DNA of 64,000 bases from Acidiferrobacterales bacterium (GTDB taxonomy: Bacteria > Pseudomonadota > Gammaproteobacteria > Acidiferrobacterales > JAJDNE01), in NCBI GenBank assembly GCA_048060695.1, contig JBGMQT010000001.1:29545-93544 (forward strand), written 5' to 3'. Position numbers and translations under genes: made by a program. The notes under the pieces are model-generated. The model saw only the letters and a program-made list of their open reading frames with translations. It had not been told where the DNA came from and ran no database searches. Each line of letters opens with the position of its first letter. The stretch's first letter is position 1. Positions 51,223 through 60,071 of this stretch are shown piece by piece.

Positions 51223-51963
51223 GTGAGACAACGTTGCTTCTGTGATTGCTCGCTGAGCGAGAAACTGCTCTATACGGCATTTCTTCTACTCATGGGCACC
51301 GGCTATCTGATGGCACTGGTGTATCTATATACCAGTCATCAGGGGCACGACGGTAAACCGGGTCTATCGATCGAAGACATTGCCGAGAATTATTACGGAA
51401 ACCGTAGCGGCACACGACTGGAGGGGGCGATTCGTGGCCCCATGGCCGGCTACCTCCAGCAGCTCAATGACCGCCACGAAATCGTGGCCTGGCTAAAAAG
51501 CGGGGCACCCGAAAAGAACTATAGTATTGTCATCCGCCCTATCCTCGAAAAATCCTGCTTACAATGCCACAGTCCAGCATCGGGTTTGAAGATCCCCAAC
51601 CTCTCCACCTATGAAGGTATCAAGGAGGTGGCGGATGTTGATACCGGCGAATCGTTACATACCTTGTTAAAACTGTCCCATATCCATTTGTTCGGTATCG
51701 GGCTCGTTGCCTTGGGGATAGGGTTTATCTTTCGTCTCACCGTTCTGGCCGGTTGGCTCAAAACGACGCTGATAGTGTTGCCCTTTTTGGCGATTTTCGC
51801 CGATATCCTCGCCTGGTTTCTTACCAAGTGGGATCCGGTTTACGCCTACACGGTGTTGACAGCCGGTGCGCTGCTCGGACTGGCGTGGGCAGGACAGATT
51901 CTGATTTCACTGTATCAACTCTGGTTTCTGCGTGCACCGGAAGAAAACACTTCGTCCAACTAG
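51223..51963 (+). CDS. Membrane protein with a single CxxCH (heme c-type) motif
   Basis: 246 aa with a GTG start. The N-terminus has 'CFCDC', then one TM, a loop of about 100 aa containing 'VIRPILEKSCLQCHS' (51556-51570), and three C-terminal TM segments. Confidence 0.55.
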   Translation: MRQRCFCDCSLSEKLLYTAFLLLMGTGYLMALVYLYTSHQGHDGKPGLSIEDIAENYYGNRSGTRLEGAIRGPMAGYLQQLNDRHEIVAWLKSGAPEKNYSIVIRPILEKSCLQCHSPASGLKIPNLSTYEGIKEVADVDTGESLHTLLKLSHIHLFGIGLVALGIGFIFRLTVLAGWLKTTLIVLPFLAIFADILAWFLTKWDPVYAYTVLTAGALLGLAWAGQILISLYQLWFLRAPEENTSSN

Positions 51964-51978
51964 ACAGGAGAATATGGC

Positions 51979-52467
51979 ATGTACACTCACTCTGTAAAAA
52001 CTTTATTGAATGCCGCACTCGTGCTAATCGGTGTGGCCATTATTAACCCCCTTGCCGTAGCGGCAAACGCCCCGGAGAATTTCCAGGTAGTTGATGGTGT
52101 GGCGATCTACCTGGGCGTAATGCCGGCACAGATTATCAAGGGCCACTCCGACGAGCACCCGGAACATAAGATGCATGGAGGAGTTCCGACCAAGGGCCAC
52201 CGTGACCATGTGGTCGTGGCCTTATATGACGATGCTACAGGTAAACGAATTGAAAATGTAACGGTCACGGCTGGCGTTATGGAACTCGGGCTGGGAAGCA
52301 ACAGGAAAAAGCTCGAACCCATGAAGATCGCCGGCACGATTACCTACGGTAACTATTTTGATATGCCGAACAAAAATATATACCACATCAAAGTACAGAT
52401 TCGCCGCCCGGGCATAAAGAAAGTCATTGAGGCGCAATTTACCCATAGGCATTTCCTGGCCCGTTGA
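51979..52467 (+). CDS. Periplasmic His-rich metal-binding-like protein (layout reminiscent of P19/Tp34)
   Basis: 162 aa with an AGGAG SD and a signal peptide. It has six His within residues 56-77 (HSDEHPEHKMHGGVPTKGHRDH) and 'LEPM...GTITYGNYFDM...YHIKVQIRRPG'. Confidence 0.5.
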   Translation: MYTHSVKTLLNAALVLIGVAIINPLAVAANAPENFQVVDGVAIYLGVMPAQIIKGHSDEHPEHKMHGGVPTKGHRDHVVVALYDDATGKRIENVTVTAGVMELGLGSNRKKLEPMKIAGTITYGNYFDMPNKNIYHIKVQIRRPGIKKVIEAQFTHRHFLAR

Positions 52468-52593
52468 TTGGCAAACAAACTAACGTTCTTGTTGCAGGAA
52501 CTTTTGTTTAATTGTGCCGTCTCAACGGCCAAGCTTGACAATATTTACGCCAGTCTGGACAATAGCCGGTATAGATTCGCATCAAAGATCAAA

Positions 52594-52908
52594 ATGAAAC
52601 ACAAACTCAGCTTCTTGCTGATTATTTATATCCTCTTCACCACCACTGCGGCAGTGGCGGATATTCATATCGAATCAATCGCCTCCGACGGTTCTGGAGT
52701 CGTTCTATTCGATCAAAACAGCGATCCTGATGTGAACATACACAACGACCACTGTGGGCATCTTGGCTCTCACTTTGCGGGCCTGTCTTTTTCTAATTCC
52801 ATTACCACACCAACGACCCACGACGACACGATACCGTTGGTTGGTAATACCTTCCTGAGTTCCAGCGCCAGAGTATTTCTACGACCCCCGATCTCTCGGC
52901 AGTCCTGA
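52594..52908 (+). CDS. Small secreted protein (CzcI-like position) upstream of the RND operon
   Basis: Start trimmed to ATG 52594. Signal peptide 'MKHKLSFLLIIYILFTTTAAVA', a 'HNDHCGHLGSHF' motif, and a C-terminal 'RPPISRQS'. Confidence 0.45.
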   Translation: MKHKLSFLLIIYILFTTTAAVADIHIESIASDGSGVVLFDQNSDPDVNIHNDHCGHLGSHFAGLSFSNSITTPTTHDDTIPLVGNTFLSSSARVFLRPPISRQS

Positions 52909-52953
52909 ATAGTCCCTGTCCGGCTTTTTGCCGGATAAATATTTGTTGGATGA

Positions 52954-54267
52954 ATGAGAGATACCATGTCTTTTACTTATGTACATATCGTCAGGGGTAT
53001 GCTCCTGGCTTCAATTATGATTGCGGCGTTTGCCAAGGGCGCAAATGTCGCGCCAAATGAAGCAGAAACTGTCGCGATACCATCGTCGATCACGCGCGAA
53101 CAGGCTGTTTCGATTGCCCTTGAACGCAATCCGGAATATCTGGCAATAAAGCAGGACGTTAAATTCGCCAGGGCCACCCGGCAACGAGTGGACGGATGGA
53201 AATCTCCCACCCTATTCTGGGAATTCGAAGAGGCAAAATCTACCGATCCCGGCAGCTTCGGTAATCAGTCGGTTGGTATCGAACAAAGCATAGACTGGAT
53301 GGGCGCCACACGTGCCCGCAAACGTGTAGCCAATCTTGGTATTAATATTGCCACCATTTCGCTGGAACGTGCTCGCTTGCGCGTCGTCTCCCAGGTCAGC
53401 AAGGCCGTTGACCAGGTATTGCTGGCACAATCAATCAATCGACTGGTTAGTGAAACGATTCAATATGCTAACGAGGCGCTGGCCATTACCCGTTCCCGTT
53501 TCCAAAGTGGCCAGGGAAGTTATGTCGATCTGTTGCGTATACGCATTGCGGCAAAACGACTGGATGCAGAGGGACGTAACACCATAATCAAACTGAAACG
53601 ATCTAAGCGCGCATTGGCTGTCCTCTTGGGGGCGGAGGAAAGTAGACCGCTAAAGGTTCTCGGGCAGATGGATTATGTATCGCTCACATCCGATCGTGCC
53701 AGTTGGGTGGCAACCACCCTGGAACGATCTCCCAGTCTGAAAATAATGCAACAAGAAGTAGATCATGCGAAAGAGTCGTATGTCGCGATTCGCAAAGAAC
53801 GGGGACCCAACATGACACTTGGCATCGGGCGCCAACGTTTATACGACGGGTTCAATGCGGATTACGCGTGGACTGGTAAAGTAGAGCTGTCGTTTCCTCT
53901 CCCGGGTACCGACCGACAACGTGGTCGTGAGGGTGAGGCCAACGCTGCATACAATGCGATGCGTCACCGTAATAACCAACGGCGCCTCGCGCTCAAGGCG
54001 CGGTTACAACAGCATTTCGAAAAAACCGCGTCGCTTTCTACACAGCTGGCGGATTACCAGCGCATCATCTTGCCAGACGTAAAAGACCAGCGAAAGGCGG
54101 CACAACAAGCCTACCGTGTTCGCCGCATCGATGCGCTGAATTTGCTTGATGTTTACCGGACATTTCTGGATACGCAAATAGATTATTTGGAAACTCTTGC
54201 CGAATACAAAGCGGCAAGGGTTGATCTCGATACTCTGGGTGAAAACCTGTCGGAGACTGAACAATGA
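52954..54267 (+). CDS. TolC-family outer membrane efflux protein (CzcC/CusC-like)
   Basis: 437 aa with a signal peptide and two OEP repeats. 4-nt overlap with the downstream adaptor gene. Confidence 0.75.
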   Translation: MRDTMSFTYVHIVRGMLLASIMIAAFAKGANVAPNEAETVAIPSSITREQAVSIALERNPEYLAIKQDVKFARATRQRVDGWKSPTLFWEFEEAKSTDPGSFGNQSVGIEQSIDWMGATRARKRVANLGINIATISLERARLRVVSQVSKAVDQVLLAQSINRLVSETIQYANEALAITRSRFQSGQGSYVDLLRIRIAAKRLDAEGRNTIIKLKRSKRALAVLLGAEESRPLKVLGQMDYVSLTSDRASWVATTLERSPSLKIMQQEVDHAKESYVAIRKERGPNMTLGIGRQRLYDGFNADYAWTGKVELSFPLPGTDRQRGREGEANAAYNAMRHRNNQRRLALKARLQQHFEKTASLSTQLADYQRIILPDVKDQRKAAQQAYRVRRIDALNLLDVYRTFLDTQIDYLETLAEYKAARVDLDTLGENLSETEQ

Positions 54268-55439
54268 AGTCTACTAGTAAACGAAATAATTTATTGCTTC
54301 CCGCTACGCTGGGCGCAATGTTGATCGCAGTTTCACTGGTGATATCGATGCCAGTCGATGCAAGTAATGAAGATCATGTGCGCGATAACAATACGCTGAA
54401 CAAATCCGGGGATAAGCATAAACAACCAGAAAACGCAGTACCTATCGAGAAATCTGGTGTCAGATTCGATCCAAAAGCACTAAAAGAACAAGGCGTAATT
54501 ATTGAAATACTGCGACCTAAAAAACTGGTCGAATTGTTACAGACGAATGCAGAGGTTCGCTATAACGAACGCCGCCGTGTTGCCCTGACGGCACGATCTT
54601 CCGGCTGGGCCGAGAATGTATCTGTATTCGCCAATCAGCGCGTAAAAAAGAACCAACTACTGGCCAAAATTTATAGTCCGGAATTTCTAAGTGCGCAGCA
54701 TGAGTATCTATTGATATTTGATCGCGCCACCCATGATGGCGCAGAGAATATCGATAACCAATCACTTTTGGCTGATGCACGCCAGCGTTTACAGATCCTC
54801 GGTCTAACCCCGAGCGAAATCGATAAACTGTCACAAACTCGCAAACCTTTTTCGCATCAACATGTACATAGCCCGATTTCGGGTATCGTGGTTGAGCACA
54901 AGCTCACCACTGGCGATACCGTCATACCGGGGCAACAGCTTTATGTCATTGCGAGTTTACGCACCGTCTGGGCGGAGCTCGCGCTAACGGAAATGCAATT
55001 GGCGAAAGTACAGCGCGGCCAAAAAGTTACACTCTCCACCAAAGCGTACCCCGGGGGACAGTTCCACGGCAAAGTGCTTTCCGTGGGAGCGCAAATGGAT
55101 GAAACCACGCGTACCGTGAAGGCGCGCGCATTGATCCGGAATCCACGCGGTCGATTGAAACCGGGCATGTTTGCTACCGCTGAAATCGCCGTGGGCGTGG
55201 GCCTCCCAACCCTCGCATTGCCAGAGAGTGCCGTATTGCGCAGCCCTGATGGTGACTGGGTGGTGTTTGTTGAGGCAAAACCCGGCTACCTTGAACCGGT
55301 CGAGATTGAAGTGGTCCGCACAGTCGAATCCAGCACGATAATCAAGGGACTAAAGCCGGGTACGCGTGTTGTAACGAAAGGGGCGTTTTTTATTCAATCC
55401 GAGCTCGCCAAGAGTGGCTTCGAAGTTCACAACCACTGA
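54264..55439 (+). CDS. Efflux RND periplasmic adaptor (MFP)
   Basis: 391 aa with an N-terminal TM and an HlyD/CzcB-type core ('SPISGIVVEHKLTTGDTV', 'TVKARALIRNPRGRLKPGMF'). Confidence 0.8.
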   Translation: MKSTSKRNNLLLPATLGAMLIAVSLVISMPVDASNEDHVRDNNTLNKSGDKHKQPENAVPIEKSGVRFDPKALKEQGVIIEILRPKKLVELLQTNAEVRYNERRRVALTARSSGWAENVSVFANQRVKKNQLLAKIYSPEFLSAQHEYLLIFDRATHDGAENIDNQSLLADARQRLQILGLTPSEIDKLSQTRKPFSHQHVHSPISGIVVEHKLTTGDTVIPGQQLYVIASLRTVWAELALTEMQLAKVQRGQKVTLSTKAYPGGQFHGKVLSVGAQMDETTRTVKARALIRNPRGRLKPGMFATAEIAVGVGLPTLALPESAVLRSPDGDWVVFVEAKPGYLEPVEIEVVRTVESSTIIKGLKPGTRVVTKGAFFIQSELAKSGFEVHNH

Positions 55440-55448
55440 GAGGCGATC

Positions 55449-58400
55449 ATGTTAAACAAAATTATTGATGCGGCAGTCTTGAACCGACTTTTGGTTCTGC
55501 TGGCGCTTGGTGCCACGATCGTTGGTGGTGTACTTATCCTGCCGCAATTGAATCTGGATGCGTTTCCTGATGTCACCAATGTGCAAGTTACCGTCAATAC
55601 CGAAGCCCGCGGTCTGGCGGCCGAAGAGGTAGAACAACTTATTACTTATCCTATTGAAGCCGTGATGTACGCCCTGCCGGATGTCGAGGAAGTGCGTTCT
55701 ATCTCAAAAACCGGATTGTCAGTGGTCACTGTCGTATTCAAGGAAGGTGTGGACATCTATTTTGCACGACAACTCGTCTTCGAACGACTACAAGCGGCGC
55801 GCGAACAGATCCCCAATGGCGTGGGTATACCGGAAATGGGCCCCAATACTTCCGGTCTGGGTCAGATTTACCAGTATATTCTTCGTGCAGAAGACCCCGG
55901 CCAGTTTGATGTCATGGCACTACGCAGCCTGAACGATTGGGTCGTTAAGTTGTTACTCATGCCGGTCACGGGTGTAACTGATGTCTTGTCTTTCGGTGGT
56001 GAAGTACGTCAATACCAGGTACAGCTCGACCCGCAACGCCTATTATCTTACGGATTGAGCGTGACGGCTGTGTCAGAGGCCATAGAATCCAGCAACCGGA
56101 ATGCCGGTGGCTGGTACCTCGACCGCGGTGCCGAGCAGTTGGTGATCCGCGGTGTCGGCTGGATAAGAAGCAATGATGCAGGCCTGAGCGATATCGCCAA
56201 CGTACCGGTAAAAAATAAAGACGGCGTTGTCGTGCGGGTACGCGATGTCGCCAAAGTCACCTTTGGGCCTGAAATTCGTCAAGGCGCGGTCACCATGACG
56301 CTACGCGATGACGACTACAAACCGGTTCCGATGGGCGAAGTCGTGGTTGGTATCGTCTTGAAACGTATGGGCGCCAACACAAAGGCAACTATTGATGGCG
56401 TGAAAGCAAGATTGCCTGCTATTCAGCAAGCGCTACCCAAAGGAGTTAAGTTGGTTCCCTTTTATGACCAGGCGGACCTGGTCAGTCGTGCCGTCAACAC
56501 CGTAATCAAGGCTCTTATCGAGGCATTTGTGCTGATCGTGATTGTGTTGATGCTGTTTCTCATGAACATGCGTGCTGCGTTGCTGGTATTGATTTCCGTT
56601 CCGATCTCAATTGGTATGGCGCTGATGGCCATGGCCTACTGGGGTATATCTGCAAATCTGATGTCGCTCGGGGGACTCGCTATAGCTATTGGCATGATGG
56701 TCGACGGCTCGGTTGTGATGATGGAGCACATTTTCAGCCATCTAACCCGACCCGATGATGAACATCGGCATGACTTGCAAGCGGCAATCGCTCCCGGCGA
56801 CCCCGATCTCTTTGATGCTGCGCATGATCGACATGGTATTGCGTTACGTATTCAAAATGCCGCACGTGAGGTCGGCCGACCGGTATTTTTCGCCGTTATT
56901 ATCATTATTATTGTATTCGCACCCCTGTTCTCTCTCGAGGGGGTTGAGGGCAAGTTGTTTCAGCCAATGGCCGTGTCAATTGTACTGGCCATGTTGGCAT
57001 CGTTACTGGTTGCTCTTGTCGTCGTACCAGCCCTTGCCACTTATGTATTTCTTCATGGGGAGCGCGAAAAATCCAGCCCGGTCATGCGGCCACTGGCACG
57101 ATTCTACCGTCGTGTCTTACCGCGTGCACTCGAGAAGCGCAAACAGGTAGTCGGAATCGCAATCGGTCTTTTTTTTGGCTCATTGGCGTTATTACCGTGG
57201 CTCGGAACAGAGTTCGTTCCCGAGCTCGAGGAAGGCACCATCAATGTGCGCGTCACGCTGGCACCATCATCCAGCTTGAAAACAGCATTGCAGGTCGCGG
57301 GTAAACTGGAAGCCATTGTGATGCAGGTGCCGGAGGTGCTTTATGTATCCAGCCGCATCGGCCGCCCGGAGCTGGGAGGCGATCCGGAGCCCGTATCCAA
57401 TATAGAGCTTTACATGGGCCTTAAACCCGTATCGGACTGGACCAGTGCCGGGAACAGAAAAGAATTGCAGGTGCTGCTGGAACAAAGGATGTCGGCGCAC
57501 CCGGGATTGTTATTTTCCTTCTCGCAGCCGATTGCCACCCGGGTTGATGAATTGCTGTCCGGTGTCAAAGCCCAACTAGCCATTAAACTATTTGGATCCG
57601 ACTTGAAAGTCCTTGCAACCAAGGGACGCGAGATCGAAATGCTGACTAAACGCATCGAAGGCACGCGTGGCGTGGCAATGGAACAGATTGCGGGTGAGGC
57701 ACAACTGGTGATTCGCCCGGATCGACACCACCTGGCCCGCTACGGTATTCCAGTATCACAAATTATGGATCTGGTCTCGGAAGGCATCGGCGGTCGCGAG
57801 GCCGGACAAGTCATTCGTGGCAATGAGCGCTATGACATCGCAGTAAGATTGTCTGAAGAGTATCGCAACAACATCGAGTCTATTCGCAGCCTCATTCTAA
57901 AGGCACCGAGTGGGGCATGGGTACGATTGGGGGATGTGGCGCAAGTGGCCATCGAATCAGGGCCACCACAAATTCGTCGCGATGATGTTCAGCGCCGTGT
58001 CGTAATTCAGACCAATGTCGAGGGACGGGACATGGGTGGCCTGGTAGCCGAGTTGCGGACACGCATTCAGGATGAGGTCACGTTACCACCCGGGTATACG
58101 GTCGTCTTCGGCGGTCAATTTGAGAATCAGCAACGTGCGCAGGCACGGCTGATGATCGTGGTGCCGTTGTCATTGGGCCTGATATTTCTGTTGCTCTATT
58201 TTGCTTTCCATTCCGTGGGTCAGGCATTACTGATCATGATCAATGTGCCGTTGGCTCTGATTGGTGGTATCGCTGCCCTGTTTATCTCCGGTCAATACCT
58301 TTCGGTGCCGGGTTCCATCGGATTTATTGCCCTCTTTGGTGTGGCGGTATTGAACGGCGTGGTCATGGTTAATGCTATCAACCAACGACTCAGCGATGGT

Positions 58401-58643
58401 CTACCGGCGGATCAGGCAGTTCTGGAAGGCGCGTTGTCGCGATTACGCCCCGTGCTGATGACCGCATCGATTGCCGCGCTGGGGTTAATCCCGATGTTGC
58501 TTGCGACAGGTGTGGGTTCCGAAGTACAACGACCCCTGGCCACGGTAGTGGTCGGCGGCCTATTCTCCTCTACTGCCCTGACATTATTTATTCTACCCGT
58601 GCTCTACAACAGTTTTTCCAGCTGGGAGAGAAATGATGGGTAG
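55449..58643 (+). CDS. Heavy-metal efflux RND pump (CzcA/CusA family, atypical TM4 motif)
   Basis: 1064 aa with 12 TM. TM4 reads 'GGLAIAIGMMVDGSVVMMEH' (56661-56729), i.e. AIG-x3-DGS-x3-MEH rather than DFG...VEN. Confidence 0.9.
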   Translation: MLNKIIDAAVLNRLLVLLALGATIVGGVLILPQLNLDAFPDVTNVQVTVNTEARGLAAEEVEQLITYPIEAVMYALPDVEEVRSISKTGLSVVTVVFKEGVDIYFARQLVFERLQAAREQIPNGVGIPEMGPNTSGLGQIYQYILRAEDPGQFDVMALRSLNDWVVKLLLMPVTGVTDVLSFGGEVRQYQVQLDPQRLLSYGLSVTAVSEAIESSNRNAGGWYLDRGAEQLVIRGVGWIRSNDAGLSDIANVPVKNKDGVVVRVRDVAKVTFGPEIRQGAVTMTLRDDDYKPVPMGEVVVGIVLKRMGANTKATIDGVKARLPAIQQALPKGVKLVPFYDQADLVSRAVNTVIKALIEAFVLIVIVLMLFLMNMRAALLVLISVPISIGMALMAMAYWGISANLMSLGGLAIAIGMMVDGSVVMMEHIFSHLTRPDDEHRHDLQAAIAPGDPDLFDAAHDRHGIALRIQNAAREVGRPVFFAVIIIIIVFAPLFSLEGVEGKLFQPMAVSIVLAMLASLLVALVVVPALATYVFLHGEREKSSPVMRPLARFYRRVLPRALEKRKQVVGIAIGLFFGSLALLPWLGTEFVPELEEGTINVRVTLAPSSSLKTALQVAGKLEAIVMQVPEVLYVSSRIGRPELGGDPEPVSNIELYMGLKPVSDWTSAGNRKELQVLLEQRMSAHPGLLFSFSQPIATRVDELLSGVKAQLAIKLFGSDLKVLATKGREIEMLTKRIEGTRGVAMEQIAGEAQLVIRPDRHHLARYGIPVSQIMDLVSEGIGGREAGQVIRGNERYDIAVRLSEEYRNNIESIRSLILKAPSGAWVRLGDVAQVAIESGPPQIRRDDVQRRVVIQTNVEGRDMGGLVAELRTRIQDEVTLPPGYTVVFGGQFENQQRAQARLMIVVPLSLGLIFLLLYFAFHSVGQALLIMINVPLALIGGIAALFISGQYLSVPGSIGFIALFGVAVLNGVVMVNAINQRLSDGLPADQAVLEGALSRLRPVLMTASIAALGLIPMLLATGVGSEVQRPLATVVVGGLFSSTALTLFILPVLYNSFSSWERNDG

Positions 58644-58919
58644 TTGATTCCCTGTTGGCTACCCCAGATCCCGGTCATTCGAAAAATGTAATCGCCGAAC
58701 GTGGGTAAATAGAATACCGAAAAACCGGCATACTCCAAGCAAGGATCTATCCGGGTCACTGGTTTGTCCATTTGACGGTATGGATGACCGCATTTACAGA
58801 TAGGGGTGCGAGCCGGCTGGTTATTGCCGACAGTATTACCTCAGGTTGTTTGTCGTTGGTCGCCGATGCGTTCCACAACATTAGTACGTACGGCCTGCTG
58901 AGCTCACGATAGACAAACA

Positions 58920-60071
58920 TCAGAAATATAACTGCCATTGACCATACGCCATGTTTTCAAAAGAACCGTACTCACTAACTGCGCTGCCGCTGTATATCTG
59001 GACACCGAACGCCAATTCACTGTTTTGTGTTATTGAATAGGATACTTCCGGTGAATAGAAGAAACTCTTATCATCCAGGTTGTTGATGTAGTAATTTTTC
59101 CACTTTAACAGCGGTGTGATGTCATACCCCAGATACAAGCCCAGATACCGTTGCGCCAGACTCTGAATCTCGCCACTAAATAGTCTGTTGAAATCATATG
59201 CGCCGGTATCGGTCGCCCCCTGGCCGTTAAAATAGAACTCGCTATTGATGGTGATCGTATTCGAAAAGGTATAATCCGCCCCCACTACAAAACGTGTATA
59301 GGATCCATCAACCGGTGATTGCGTCCGGGTAACTTCGCCGCGCAGACCAATCTTGCCGATCTGCCCGGCCAGATCGATTCCGGCCATGTCATCGTTACGG
59401 AACCTGCCGGCGCTTAGACCCCAGTCAAAACCACCTTTATTGGTACGCCAACGTACCGCGGTGCTGGCGCGAACCGGCGTGGCGTGCACCGCATACATCA
59501 CACTAACCCGGGATAGATCAGAGTAATCCGCGTCCAGTACGACAGCATCCACACCGGTACGTCGGTCACGTTCGAGCGCCGTGGGGTCGATCGGATTGAG
59601 AATATCTACTGGACTCCAGAACAGAGCGCTGCCCCAGGCAACGCGTTGACGGCCGATTCGCAGATCCGCATTTCCAATACGGGTATCGAGATAGGCACGA
59701 TATAAACCATGACGGCCGAACACCGACTGGTTGTCTAAATAAGTACTGCGTAAATTTAAATAAGTGTCCTGGGGAATGTTCTTTTGTGCCTGGAACTGGC
59801 TTGTTTTCAGGTAGTCGCCCAGGAAAATTTCATTGTCGTATTGTACATTGAACGCGGTGTTCTCGCTGAGGTCCCCCTTCAACTCCAGGTGCAAACGATT
59901 GAGGTCGACAGTGTAGTCAGTCGCAGGCGGAAAGAAAGAGGCTAACGTGCGAGAACCGGCCAGCAAGTTCTTGTAATAACCATTGATCTCGATTTGTGCA
60001 TTCGCTGCTTGCCAAAAATTTCCAAGAATCAAACCAAGCGCAAGTACCGACCAGATTCTTGTATCAGACAT
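58920..60071 (-). CDS. Outer-membrane beta-barrel protein (DUF1302/alginate-export-like), last gene of the Lol-like operon
   Basis: Start trimmed to ATG 60071 (MSDTRIWSVLALGLILGNFWQAANA). It has the motif 'RIGRQRVAWGSALFWSPVDILNP' and a C-terminal '...QWQLYF'. The start lies 4 nt after the permease stop. Confidence 0.55.
   Translation of the reverse strand: MSDTRIWSVLALGLILGNFWQAANAQIEINGYYKNLLAGSRTLASFFPPATDYTVDLNRLHLELKGDLSENTAFNVQYDNEIFLGDYLKTSQFQAQKNIPQDTYLNLRSTYLDNQSVFGRHGLYRAYLDTRIGNADLRIGRQRVAWGSALFWSPVDILNPIDPTALERDRRTGVDAVVLDADYSDLSRVSVMYAVHATPVRASTAVRWRTNKGGFDWGLSAGRFRNDDMAGIDLAGQIGKIGLRGEVTRTQSPVDGSYTRFVVGADYTFSNTITINSEFYFNGQGATDTGAYDFNRLFSGEIQSLAQRYLGLYLGYDITPLLKWKNYYINNLDDKSFFYSPEVSYSITQNSELAFGVQIYSGSAVSEYGSFENMAYGQWQLYF

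Noticed and set aside
58644-58938. Non-coding gap after the second RND pump, and the 60-aa ORF 58756-58938
   Set aside because: The ORF overlaps the end of the barrel gene and has no supporting features. I saw no clear terminator hairpin, repeat or RNA motif in the gap.
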